Shown here piece by piece: positions 15,531 through 23,760 of a DNA stretch of 53,185 nucleotides (position 1 is its first letter; each line of letters begins with the position of its first letter). Origin of the DNA: a virus. Its lineage: Duplodnaviria > Caudoviricetes. The stretch covers positions 1 to 53,185 of the IMG/VR virus record IMGVR_UViG_3300046740_000679; one strand, 5' to 3'. A program made the translations under genes and the position numbers. The notes under the pieces were generated by a model. That model did no database searches and was not told the origin of the DNA. It saw nothing but the letters and a program-made list of their open reading frames with translations.

Positions 15531-16037
15531 ATGACACTCATGTCGCCGACGCCAAAGAAGCCAGGCGCATCAACCTTCTCTCCTGAAGAGGTCGCGAAGC
15601 TTCGCGACGTGGCGAAACGCGTCCACGCGGAAAAGTTCGGCGGCAACCAAAGCGCGATGGCCCGCGCGTTTGGCGTTCGTCAATCCGCGGTTCGGCGTTG
15701 GGTCACGAAGGATTCCGAGGATGCGGGCGGGATGAGCTACGGCATCGCGCGCAAGCTTTGTGAGATGGACGGGACTACACTAGAGTCCGCTCTCGGCTGG
15801 CCCGCGTCCAGGGGGGACGACATGACGCAACGTGGCGATGCGATCGGTCGCGAATCGGTGACCGACCCTGAGCTCGCGCTCGCATTGGGTCACAATTACG
15901 GCCGCTGGCACGAGGCTGTCGTCGCGGCGGCGGTAGTGCTTGCGCGGAGAGGAGAGCGGCATTCCAAAGTTGAATGGCAGGCCCTTCTCGACGAATTGCA
16001 AAGCCGTATCGCGGACATGCTCGATCGTAAGAGCTAG
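15531..16037 (+). CDS. cI: CI-like immunity repressor (XRE HTH, no S24 peptidase domain)
   Basis: GNQSAMARAFGVRQSAVRRWV HTH; divergent from cro; start is 15531 or 15540. Confidence 0.75.
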   Translation: MTLMSPTPKKPGASTFSPEEVAKLRDVAKRVHAEKFGGNQSAMARAFGVRQSAVRRWVTKDSEDAGGMSYGIARKLCEMDGTTLESALGWPASRGDDMTQRGDAIGRESVTDPELALALGHNYGRWHEAVVAAAVVLARRGERHSKVEWQALLDELQSRIADMLDRKS

Positions 16038-16337
16038 GTGCAACAAAAAGTTGGGCCGTTCCGCGTTGCAGAGCTGAAACATCTGGGCATACAGTTGCGC
16101 GTTATGGCTGCAGCTCAAGCTCTCCAACTTCCGCCGCTTACGTTTGATGACAAGCGTTCCCGGTTCGCGCAGGCCCTCGGTCTTTGCCGTGCATTTTGGC
16201 CGGCGCGCTGGTCGGAGACGACGCTCGCTGCTGCAGGGGAAATGCACGAGTGCCTTGCGCCCGAGACGCTCCCGGAGGGGCTCGACGAGATCGAGGCGCG
16301 GTGGGCGCCGCTATTAGTGTCGGCTAAGCGTCTGTAG
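16038..16337 (+). CDS. HTH-less paralogue of the repressor C-terminal domain
   Basis: AQALG..RWSETTLAAA..LDEIEAR versus cI ALALG..RWHEAVVAAA..LDELQSR; in frame directly after the cI TAG. Confidence 0.55.
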   Translation: MQQKVGPFRVAELKHLGIQLRVMAAAQALQLPPLTFDDKRSRFAQALGLCRAFWPARWSETTLAAAGEMHECLAPETLPEGLDEIEARWAPLLVSAKRL

Positions 16338-16366
16338 ATACGTGCACTTATTGCTTTCTATCAGAG

Positions 16367-16400
16367 TACTGTTGACAGTCTATTAGTTAGGTAATAGATT
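16367..16400 (+). promoter_or_regulatory. Strong sigma70 rightward early promoter with an overlapping operator
   Basis: TTGACA (16372-77)-N17-TAGATT (16395-400); operator TACTGTTGACAGTC is 11/14 identical to GACTGATAACAGTC at 15452. Confidence 0.85.
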
Positions 16401-16422
16401 CTTCTCCGTGGAGGGAAGGATC

Positions 16423-16563
16423 TTGAACCACGACGACAACGACCACGGCACGCCCTGCCGCGATTGCGGCGGTCTCGATCACACCGACGACTGCCTCGAC
16501 ATTCGCGACCGTCGCGAGGCCCGCGAGGACAAGGCCGCCGACTTCTATCGAGGTGCGCGATGA
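16423..16563 (+). CDS. Small early protein (CxxC..H...C)
   Basis: TTG after GGAGGGAAGG; stop coupled to the next ATG. Confidence 0.5.
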   Translation: MNHDDNDHGTPCRDCGGLDHTDDCLDIRDRREAREDKAADFYRGAR

Positions 16564-16898
16564 CCCTCTTCGCCTTCCGCTCCCTCGTGGGCGAGCTCGG
16601 GCAGCGCGAGGACGGCGACCCGATCGTCGTCGACGCCCCGACGCGTGAAGAGGCTGCGGCGCGCCTTCCGCGTGTCGGCTTCTACGCGATGCTCGAGGCG
16701 CGCTGCGCCGGGTGCTGCACGCCGCTCCTCGTCCGCGAGCGCCACGAGTGCGCCGCGTGCGCGAGCCTCGAAGACGACGAGCCTACGCAGCCGATGAAGC
16801 GGCCGTCGTTCGTCGACGGGCTCGTCGAGTCCGTGAGCGAGACGCGCATCGCGGTCGACGCGCGGTGTGAATCGATTCGCCGGAGGGCTGCGCGATGA
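16560..16898 (+). CDS. Hypothetical zinc-binding protein
   Basis: CAGC...CAAC; coupled. Confidence 0.55.
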   Translation: MTLFAFRSLVGELGQREDGDPIVVDAPTREEAAARLPRVGFYAMLEARCAGCCTPLLVRERHECAACASLEDDEPTQPMKRPSFVDGLVESVSETRIAVDARCESIRRRAAR

Positions 16899-17161
16899 AC
16901 ATGCTTGAGCGACAACTCGCGGGGTCGATCTCGCTCGGGCGTCAGAACCGCGCGGCGAAGGGGCTGCGCGACGCGTGGGCGCGGTATCAGCACGCGCTCT
17001 CCGTCAAGGCGAAGTATCGGCACGGTGCGTCGCCGATGGCCGACCTCGAGGTGAGTCGTTCGGCGGAGGCCTTCGCGGAGATCGCCGCCGCGGCGCTCGG
17101 GCTCGAGACGAACAAGATCGTCGTCCTGCGCACGACCATCTCGGACGAGGACACCGAGTGA
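16895..17161 (+). CDS. Hypothetical protein
   Basis: 88 aa, coupled at both ends. Confidence 0.6.
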   Translation: MNMLERQLAGSISLGRQNRAAKGLRDAWARYQHALSVKAKYRHGASPMADLEVSRSAEAFAEIAAAALGLETNKIVVLRTTISDEDTE

Positions 17162-17331
17162 GCGCCGTCGTGAAGACGTGCGGATGCGGCTCCGAGCTCA
17201 CCGCCGAGGCGTGGAGCGCTCTCCCGTTCGTCGGCATTCAGGACCTCGGGGAGGGTGAGCGCGCCGAGCTTCGAAACCATGACTGCGGCTCGACGATCGC
17301 GATCGAGCTTTCACCGGGAGACGGCGAATGA
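17158..17331 (+). CDS. Small hypothetical protein (KTCGCG...ELRNHDCGST)
   Basis: GTGA/ATGA coupling. Confidence 0.55.
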   Translation: MSAVVKTCGCGSELTAEAWSALPFVGIQDLGEGERAELRNHDCGSTIAIELSPGDGE

Positions 17332-17462
17332 AGTTCAGCGTTCGTTCAAGGCTGGTGTGGCTCGCGATGATGCACGGCGTCTGTCCGCTGGCCGCGTTCG
17401 AGATGACGGCGCTCGAGTTTGCGGCGCGGCTTCGGGCTGCGCGCCAAGGGAGAATGTCATGA
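17328..17462 (+). CDS. Small hypothetical protein (44 aa)
   Basis: Fills the gap with ATGA overlaps. Confidence 0.4.
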   Translation: MKFSVRSRLVWLAMMHGVCPLAAFEMTALEFAARLRAARQGRMS

Positions 17463-18367
17463 CGACGACGAACGGCGCCGCGACCACGCTCGCGCGCAAA
17501 GACGACAACTTTTTCGACGACGAGACGATCGGCCTTATCCGCCGAACGATCGTGCCGGGCGCGACGGACGACGAATTCATGTCGCTGATGGCGGTCGCGC
17601 GCCTCCGTCGCCTGAACCCGCTCTTGAAGCAGATCCACTTCGTGAAGCGGCAGACGTACGACGACACCGCGAAGGAATACGTCATGCGCTGGGCGTTCCA
17701 GGTCGCGATTGACGGCTTTCGCCTGATCGCCGAGCGCACGGGCGCGTACGACGGCCAGGACGAGCCGGAGTACGAGCTCGCACCCGACGGCTCGATCATC
17801 CGCTGCCGCGTGAAGATCTACCGCAACGACAAGACGCGTCCCTTTGTGGGCATCGCCGACTGGACCGAATTCGTGCAGAAGAAGCGCGACGGCGGCGTCA
17901 CCGCCATGTGGCGAGACAAGCCGCGCCTTATGCTCGCGAAGTGCGCCGAAGCGATGGGGTTCCGCAAGGCGTTCCCGGAAGAGACGTCGGGCTTCTACAT
18001 CGAAGAGGAGATGAAGCGCGACGAGATGGAGGGCGAGGTCGTCCCGACGCTCGGTGGCACCGTGAACGGCAAGCGCGCGACGACGACGGCCGCTCCTACG
18101 ACGCCGAAGCAACTCGCGAGCGCCGAGGCATCGAAGGCCGCGGCCGCGGAGCTCCTCAAGGCGCTCGAGACGTGCGACGAGCGCGCGGGCGTGCTCCGCA
18201 TCGGCGCACAGATCGACGAGCGGGCGACGCGCGGCGAGCTCCTCATCCAAGATCGCGCGACGTGCCTCGGCGGCTACACGGATGCGCTGAAGCGGGTCGC
18301 CAAGCCAAGGTCGCCGCCGGCCACGCCTCCTGCGAATGCGCCGCCCGCGCAAGGAGGTGTCGCGTGA
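17459..18367 (+). CDS. bet: Bet/RecT-family ssDNA annealing protein
   Basis: ATDDEF...LNPLLKQIHFVKR...QVAIDGFRLIAERTGAYDG...W.DKPRLMLAKCAEAMGFRKAFPEETSGFYIEEEM. Confidence 0.92.
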   Translation: MTTTNGAATTLARKDDNFFDDETIGLIRRTIVPGATDDEFMSLMAVARLRRLNPLLKQIHFVKRQTYDDTAKEYVMRWAFQVAIDGFRLIAERTGAYDGQDEPEYELAPDGSIIRCRVKIYRNDKTRPFVGIADWTEFVQKKRDGGVTAMWRDKPRLMLAKCAEAMGFRKAFPEETSGFYIEEEMKRDEMEGEVVPTLGGTVNGKRATTTAAPTTPKQLASAEASKAAAAELLKALETCDERAGVLRIGAQIDERATRGELLIQDRATCLGGYTDALKRVAKPRSPPATPPANAPPAQGGVA

Positions 18368-19521
18368 ACCTCTCTGGCTCGAAGCTCGCGCTTCTTCCCT
18401 CCTGCCAATACTTCGCCCGCGACGACGTCGAGCGCCGCGATCTCGAGACGCGCGACGCCGTCATGGGCCGCGCGGGCCACACCGTCAGTGAACGCATCAT
18501 CGACGGCGTCGTGATCGACCTTCCCAGTGTCATCGCGATGCACGGTCTGACGGAAGCGGAGGGGCTCACGATCGAGCGAAAGATCCCCGCCGTTCGCGAC
18601 TTCATCGAGAAGAACCGGAACTGGTCGTGGCGCTCCGAGATCGCCTTTGGCTACAACTTCGAGACCGGCGAAGGCGTCGAGCTTCCGAAGGGCGAATATC
18701 ACCGCGACTATCGCCAGTGCCCGCCCGGCTTCGTGCCGATGACACTCGACGTCGTCGGCGTTACGCAGGTCGAGGTCGACGGCATCAGGACGCCGTGCGC
18801 GTTCGTCCTCGATTGGAAGTGGGGCTACGGCGAATCGGTCGACGCCCCCCGCAATAACGGCCAACTCTGCGGGCAAGCGCTCGCCGTCGCGGCGGCGTAC
18901 GCGTGCGATCTCGTGCTCGTCGTCGTCGCGCACGTCCGTGACGACATCGTCGAGCTGAAGGAATCGCTCTTCGATCCCGTGACGCTCGCCAAGGTGCACA
19001 CGGAAGGCGCCGAGCGTATCGCGAAGATCCCGACGTCGCAGCCGCAACCGGGATCCCATTGCACGCGGAAGTTCTGCAACGCGATCCATGCATGCCCCGA
19101 AACGGTGCGTGCCATGGCGAGCGTCGAAGAGACCGCGCTCGCGGCGCCGGCGCCCTTCAAGCTGACGCCGAACATCGTGTCACCCGAGCATGCGGCGTGG
19201 ATGATCGACGCGCGCGCGGCGTGCCGGAAGGCACTCGACATCATCGACGACGCGCTCGAGCATTACGCCGACGAGATCGGCGGCATTCCGCACGACGGCG
19301 GCACCTGGCAGAAGGTGCTCGTTCCGACGGAGACGCCCGATCTCACCGTGCCGGGCGCGATCGCAACCCTCGAGGCGATGGGTCTCGGCCACGCGGTCAA
19401 GCCGTCGACGAACTGGAAGGCGCTCGGCAAGCAAGCGGCCGACGCGCGCGAAGCGCTCCGCGTGCTCGGGGCGCTGAAGAAGAACACGCAGGCTCGCTAC
19501 GAAGACCGAAAGGCTGGATGA
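18364..19521 (+). CDS. PD-(D/E)XK Cas4-like/RecB-type exonuclease (partner of Bet)
   Basis: LSGSKL...C, SEIAF, TLDVV, VLDWKWG, QL, PGSHC....C.....CP (probable Fe-S ligands). Confidence 0.82.
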   Translation: MNLSGSKLALLPSCQYFARDDVERRDLETRDAVMGRAGHTVSERIIDGVVIDLPSVIAMHGLTEAEGLTIERKIPAVRDFIEKNRNWSWRSEIAFGYNFETGEGVELPKGEYHRDYRQCPPGFVPMTLDVVGVTQVEVDGIRTPCAFVLDWKWGYGESVDAPRNNGQLCGQALAVAAAYACDLVLVVVAHVRDDIVELKESLFDPVTLAKVHTEGAERIAKIPTSQPQPGSHCTRKFCNAIHACPETVRAMASVEETALAAPAPFKLTPNIVSPEHAAWMIDARAACRKALDIIDDALEHYADEIGGIPHDGGTWQKVLVPTETPDLTVPGAIATLEAMGLGHAVKPSTNWKALGKQAADAREALRVLGALKKNTQARYEDRKAG

Positions 19522-19841
19522 CGATGACGCAGAAGCTGATCGAAGCCGCGCTCGCGTACGGGCGGGCGCACGCCGAATTCATCAAGCGATGGAACGCGTG
19601 GCGCGAATCAACGCCGGAAGAGTACACGCCGTCGACGGGATCGTTCGCACCGAGGCCGATCTACGTTCGTGACGTGGATCCTGCGATCGACGCTTCGAAC
19701 GCCGCAAAGGACCTCCTCTGCGTCGCCGCCGATGAGCTCTACGCCGGTTCGGCCGGCATCCTCGCCCTCGCCGACGAGGCCACAGCGCGCGAGCCGACGG
19801 CGCCGGATAGTGATCAACCCGCGACGGCGGGGGTCGTCTGA
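19518..19841 (+). CDS. Hypothetical protein
   Basis: ATGA coupling; MTMTQKLIEAALAYG. Confidence 0.6.
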   Translation: MTMTQKLIEAALAYGRAHAEFIKRWNAWRESTPEEYTPSTGSFAPRPIYVRDVDPAIDASNAAKDLLCVAADELYAGSAGILALADEATAREPTAPDSDQPATAGVV

Positions 19842-20047
19842 TGGGCTCCCCCGCCCAGAACCCCACGCGCCGGCAAGTGCGTGAAGCAAAGCACGACGCG
19901 ATGCTCCTTCGCGCGCGCGAATACGTTGCCCGGCTCGAGACCGGGCTCGATCCGACGGTGGCCTTGCGCGCGCTCGGCGCGGCGGCCGTCGAGTGGCATC
20001 AGGCTGAGAAGCGGGCCGTCGACGGCAGAAGCACGAGGGACCAATGA
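19841..20047 (+). CDS. Hypothetical protein
   Basis: Coupled 68-aa ORF. Confidence 0.55.
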   Translation: MGSPAQNPTRRQVREAKHDAMLLRAREYVARLETGLDPTVALRALGAAAVEWHQAEKRAVDGRSTRDQ

Positions 20048-20265
20048 CCGATGCGAGAATGACGCCCGGCGATCTTCGTGCGGAAGCCGATCGCTTGGCC
20101 GCCGCGAGAGGGCCGGCTTACACCGAGGGCTACGCGGCCGGGCTCGCCGCGGCGATCGGCGCCGTCAAAGATTGGCGGTTCGAGCTGCACCCGGTCCACG
20201 AATCCTCGACGCGCGAGGTCGCCGATCTCATCATCGAGGCGATCGAAGCACTGAGGACGCGATGA
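20044..20265 (+). CDS. Hypothetical protein
   Basis: Coupled 73-aa ORF. Confidence 0.55.
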   Translation: MTDARMTPGDLRAEADRLAAARGPAYTEGYAAGLAAAIGAVKDWRFELHPVHESSTREVADLIIEAIEALRTR

Positions 20266-20603
20266 GCGAGCGACCGACGTGTGACACCCCGGGATGCGGA
20301 GCAACTATTCCGGTTGGTGGAGAGGGGCACCCCGAGATCTGCCCTCGATGCCTGGACAGCATGAAGGAGAGCGACGCCCTCAAGGCGTCGACAATGGTCG
20401 GTTGCAAGAACGGATGCGGCGCTCAGGTGTTCGGCGGCATCTGCTCCGCCTGCGACATCAAGCTGCTCGCCGCGATCGGGCAGGCGGCGGTCGACTACGC
20501 GGACGACGTCGATTGCCTGTTCTGCGACCTAATGAGCGAGAGCAATCATTCCGAGGGTTGCCCCGTTGGCCACTACCTTGGGTTGACGGCGGTGTCGTCG
20601 TGA
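20262..20603 (+). CDS. Cys-rich multi-zinc-finger protein
   Basis: CDTPGC, CPRC, CKNGC, CSAC, CLFC..H...C. Confidence 0.6.
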   Translation: MSERPTCDTPGCGATIPVGGEGHPEICPRCLDSMKESDALKASTMVGCKNGCGAQVFGGICSACDIKLLAAIGQAAVDYADDVDCLFCDLMSESNHSEGCPVGHYLGLTAVSS

Positions 20604-20722
20604 CCGGCGGCTGGCACCCGGTCTCTCTCGTCGAAGTGCTCCGCGAGATCCGGCTCGCGATTCGTCGCAGCGCGCGGCGGCTCTTCGGGCCTGGCAAGAA
20701 GCGTCGGAAAGGGGGCCGCTGA
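20600..20722 (+). CDS. Small basic peptide (40 aa)
   Basis: Coupled at both ends. Confidence 0.4.
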   Translation: MTGGWHPVSLVEVLREIRLAIRRSARRLFGPGKKRRKGGR

Positions 20723-21210
20723 TGTGCCCCGGGACCTGCGCAGACTTCCTCTGCAACGATTGCCGGAAGGCCGCGCGCGACGACAAGCAGGGCGCGGCGA
20801 ACTACGCGACGCTCTGCGATGCGGTCTGCGCCACGAGCATGGGCGTGCACGACGCGTGCGCTCAGGCGCGGGGGACGCGGGCGCAGCTCGCCAAGGCCGA
20901 GGGCGACGCCGAGGCGCATCGGCTTCGTTGCGTCTCGCTCGGCGAGCAGCTCGAGAAAGTAAAGCGCGACGAGCTCGAGAGCGACCGGCGATTGCGCGAG
21001 GCGCTCGACGAGATCGAGGCGCTGCGGGCGCTGGTGGACGCGGCGGTAAAGTTTGAATTCGGCGAGGGGGAGACCAGGGTGGCGGTCATTCGGATCGCCG
21101 GCCCAGCATCGGCGTGGTGGGTCTGTCCACGCGACAAGGATACGGAGAGGGCGGACACGCGTGACGAGGCCGTTGCCCGCGCCCGCGTCCTCGCGAAGGG
21201 GGCGACGTGA
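20722..21210 (+). CDS. Hypothetical coiled-coil protein
   Basis: 162 aa, coupled. Confidence 0.6.
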   Translation: MCPGTCADFLCNDCRKAARDDKQGAANYATLCDAVCATSMGVHDACAQARGTRAQLAKAEGDAEAHRLRCVSLGEQLEKVKRDELESDRRLREALDEIEALRALVDAAVKFEFGEGETRVAVIRIAGPASAWWVCPRDKDTERADTRDEAVARARVLAKGAT

Positions 21211-21383
21211 GCACCAAGACAGAGAGCGGTCCCCAGATGACTGACCTTCGCCAGCGCGTGGCGACGCTTGAAGCCGCCCTGCGCGAAGCGTCGATCATGC
21301 CCATGCATTGGAGCTCGCGCGGCAAACAGAAGAAGTTCCGCGAGATCCTCGGCGACGTCGTCGAAGGCAAGGTGAAGACGTGA
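21207..21383 (+). CDS. Small hypothetical protein (58 aa)
   Basis: Hand-translated; GTGA overlaps. Confidence 0.5.
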   Translation: MSTKTESGPQMTDLRQRVATLEAALREASIMPMHWSSRGKQKKFREILGDVVEGKVKT

Positions 21384-21562
21384 GCGCCGACGACGAGAAG
21401 AAGCACGCGGAGCTTTCCGAACTGCTCGGGCTCCTGAAGACGCACCGAGACGCGCTCGCCGAAGCGTCGGGATGGAACAGCGCTCACGTCGACGAGGTGC
21501 TCATCGCCGCGCGGAAGGCGCGCGATAAGCTCGCGACGAAACCGGCCGAGGCCGACCACTGA
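21380..21562 (+). CDS. Small hypothetical protein (60 aa)
   Basis: MSADDEKKHAELSELLGLL; last gene of the coupled run. Confidence 0.5.
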   Translation: MSADDEKKHAELSELLGLLKTHRDALAEASGWNSAHVDEVLIAARKARDKLATKPAEADH

Positions 21563-21689
21563 TCCCCCACCGACTCCGCCACTTGCTTACTGCAACAATT
21601 GGATGCGCGCGCGCATGCTCGCGGCCCGCATAGTCTCGGTGTAGAGGTCGGCTCGACGCGTGCAGCGTTCAGGACGACGGAGGGGCTGC

Positions 21690-22415
21690 ATGCGACGATG
21701 GCTGGCGCTTGGGTTCGTGGCGATGACGGGGTGCTCGACGACGAACGTCACGAACGTCACCGTGGTGGGCGGCGACGCGGGCGCGGATAGCGCGCCGCCG
21801 GCGACGACCAACGATGCCGCGATCGCCGACGGCGCGACGGCGGGCGATGCGGGTGCGGATGACGCGAGCTTCCCGGACGACGCGACGGCCGTCGACGCCG
21901 GTCCCGCGAACGCTACGGTTTCAGGCACCTTCCAAGGGGCGACGTTCGCAGCCGCGGGCGGCGTCGCCGAGCTCACCTACGTCGCGACGGGACCGCACTA
22001 TCAGGACGTGAACCTCGTTATCGCCGACACGCTCCCGACGTGCCCGATGCTCGGCTCGTACCTTCCGAACGGCGGGCGGAGTATCGAGATCACGATGCTC
22101 GTTCCCGGCGTCGATGGAGGCGCGCCGCAAGTCGCGCCCGGGACATTCTTGGTCGGCGGGACGAGCGGCACGGCGCAGATCAGTCTCAGAGAGGCGGTCG
22201 TCGGGTGCAAACCGGAAGCGCAGCAAACCGCCGATGGGACGAACGGCAGCAGCGGATCCGTCACGTTCACCGCGGCCGACGAGGTCCACGTCGCGGGCTC
22301 GTTCACCGTGACCTGGCCGAACGCGGCCGGCGCGATGTCGGGCACGTTCGACGTGCCGGTGTGCGCGGCGGACGCGATCGCCGATGCGGGTGCGGATGGC
22401 GGGGCGTGCAATTAG
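21690..22415 (+). CDS. Myxobacterial-type lipoprotein (moron-like)
   Basis: MRRWLALGFVAMTGC lipobox; DAG/DAA-rich linker; beta-rich domain ending GSF.VT...GTFDVPVC; GGAGG RBS. Confidence 0.75.
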   Translation: MRRWLALGFVAMTGCSTTNVTNVTVVGGDAGADSAPPATTNDAAIADGATAGDAGADDASFPDDATAVDAGPANATVSGTFQGATFAAAGGVAELTYVATGPHYQDVNLVIADTLPTCPMLGSYLPNGGRSIEITMLVPGVDGGAPQVAPGTFLVGGTSGTAQISLREAVVGCKPEAQQTADGTNGSSGSVTFTAADEVHVAGSFTVTWPNAAGAMSGTFDVPVCAADAIADAGADGGACN

Positions 22416-22433
22416 CGAAGGAGGGGCTCGACG

Positions 22434-22727
22434 ATGGCTAATTATGGGGGACCTCCGCAAGGCTACGGCCCGCCGCCGGGATACGGCGCTCCGCAACAGC
22501 CGCAGGCCTATGGGTACGGCCCGCCGCAGGGCTACCCGATGCAGCCGCCGATCTGGCAATGCCGCGCGTGCGGGTTTCAGGGGCAAGCGATGGTGCGCGA
22601 GAAGGTGTCGGTCGCGGGCTGGGTCGTCTTCGGCCTGCTCCTGCTCGTCTGCCTGCCCCTCTGCTTTCTCGGCCTCTTCATGAAGGACAAGACGGCGGTC
22701 TGCCCGCGCTGCGGCGTGAACGCATAG
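22434..22727 (+). CDS. LITAF-like zinc-ribbon membrane protein with a Pro/Gly/Tyr/Gln-rich N-terminus
   Basis: CRAC, hydrophobic GWVVFGLLLLVCLPLCFLGLF, MKD...CPRC; GGAGG RBS. Confidence 0.8.
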   Translation: MANYGGPPQGYGPPPGYGAPQQPQAYGYGPPQGYPMQPPIWQCRACGFQGQAMVREKVSVAGWVVFGLLLLVCLPLCFLGLFMKDKTAVCPRCGVNA

Positions 22728-22747
22728 CCGGTGGTAAGGTCGACCAA

Positions 22748-23221
22748 GTGAAAGCGACCCCCGATGTACCGCCGGTGCTGCGTGCGTTGGTGACCGAGCT
22801 TCTCGCCGAGTCCGAAGAGGCGAAGCGTGTCCCCGAGGCTCCCCACGCGGCCGGCGACTGGAGCCTTGACGTCGAGATGCAATGGCGCGCCGAGCGACTG
22901 CGAGGTATCGCGGGGCGCCTCAATGAGATCGCCGGCACGCTCGAGGACGGGTGGAAAGTGAAAGCGGTGGAAGCGCTACCCAAGCCCACCGTGCCTGAAG
23001 TGCTTCCTCTCGTCCGCGATCTCTATGCGCGGCCGAACGGCGGCGCCGGCTGCTGTCTCCATATCGTGATCGACGACGGCAACGTGGATGACGACAGCGT
23101 GGCGCACTGCCTTTCGCTCGCGCGCCTCGACGGGCATGCGGACTGCGAGCGCCTCGCGAAGCTACTCGCGCTCATGTCGAAGACGCAGCGGCAGAAGCTG
23201 TATTCTATTCGAACCACCTGA
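22748..23221 (+). CDS. Hypothetical protein with a GCCLHIVIDDGN motif
   Basis: 157 aa; last rightward gene; its stop overlaps the convergent SLT gene. Confidence 0.6.
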   Translation: MKATPDVPPVLRALVTELLAESEEAKRVPEAPHAAGDWSLDVEMQWRAERLRGIAGRLNEIAGTLEDGWKVKAVEALPKPTVPEVLPLVRDLYARPNGGAGCCLHIVIDDGNVDDDSVAHCLSLARLDGHADCERLAKLLALMSKTQRQKLYSIRTT

Positions 23222-23684
23222 CCGGATGCGCGCGCAATAGCTCGCCCGCGAGCTTCGTCCGGTGGCGGCTCGCCTCGCCGCCGCGTCCGCACGATCCGCT
23301 CGCGTACTCCGCGAGCCTAAATTCCTTCGGCCGCACGCGACACGTTCGCAGCGACGAGCGCAACATCGCGATCGCGGCGCGCGCGGCGACGTCGGGATCG
23401 AAGAGATCGTCGATCGCGACGTCAAGCCGGCGAACGTTCGATACGCCGACCTGGAAGAGCCCGAGCGAGCGACCGTGGTCGCCGACGGCGCGTGGATCGA
23501 AACGCGACTCGAACCACGCGATCGCGACGAGCTGCGCCGCCGTCCGCTCGGGGCCATCCTCGCCCGCATAGAGCGGCGCCTCGTGGCTCGCGCGATCGAT
23601 CGCGGCGGCGGTCTGCGGGAACGTGTCGGCGTACGGGGCGCGCGGCACGAGGGCGAGCATCATCATCAAGATCCAATGCGTCAT
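23205..23684 (-). CDS. Lytic transglycosylase (SLT) domain protein with a hydrophobic N-terminus
   Basis: AIAWFESRFDPRAVGDHGRSLGLFQV...LFDP...YASG. Confidence 0.8.
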   Translation of the reverse strand: MTHWILMMMLALVPRAPYADTFPQTAAAIDRASHEAPLYAGEDGPERTAAQLVAIAWFESRFDPRAVGDHGRSLGLFQVGVSNVRRLDVAIDDLFDPDVAARAAIAMLRSSLRTCRVRPKEFRLAEYASGSCGRGGEASRHRTKLAGELLRAHPVRWFE

Positions 23685-23685
23685 A

Positions 23686-23730
23686 CAAAATGGCGAAACG
23701 CCCGCCGGCCGGTGAAGGCAGGCGGGCGTT
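23686..23730 (-). terminator. Terminator-like hairpin just upstream of the SLT start codon
   Basis: 10-bp stem AACGCCCGCC/GGCGGGCGTT (23697-23730) followed on the minus strand by TCGCCATTTTGT. Confidence 0.5.
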
Positions 23731-23760
23731 CGGTGCGAACTTTCTAAATTGCGAAAGTCG

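Noticed and set aside
18364-19521. CRISPR-Cas locus (cas4)
   Set aside because: No repeat-spacer array or other cas genes were seen; the gene is coupled to bet as a recombination exonuclease
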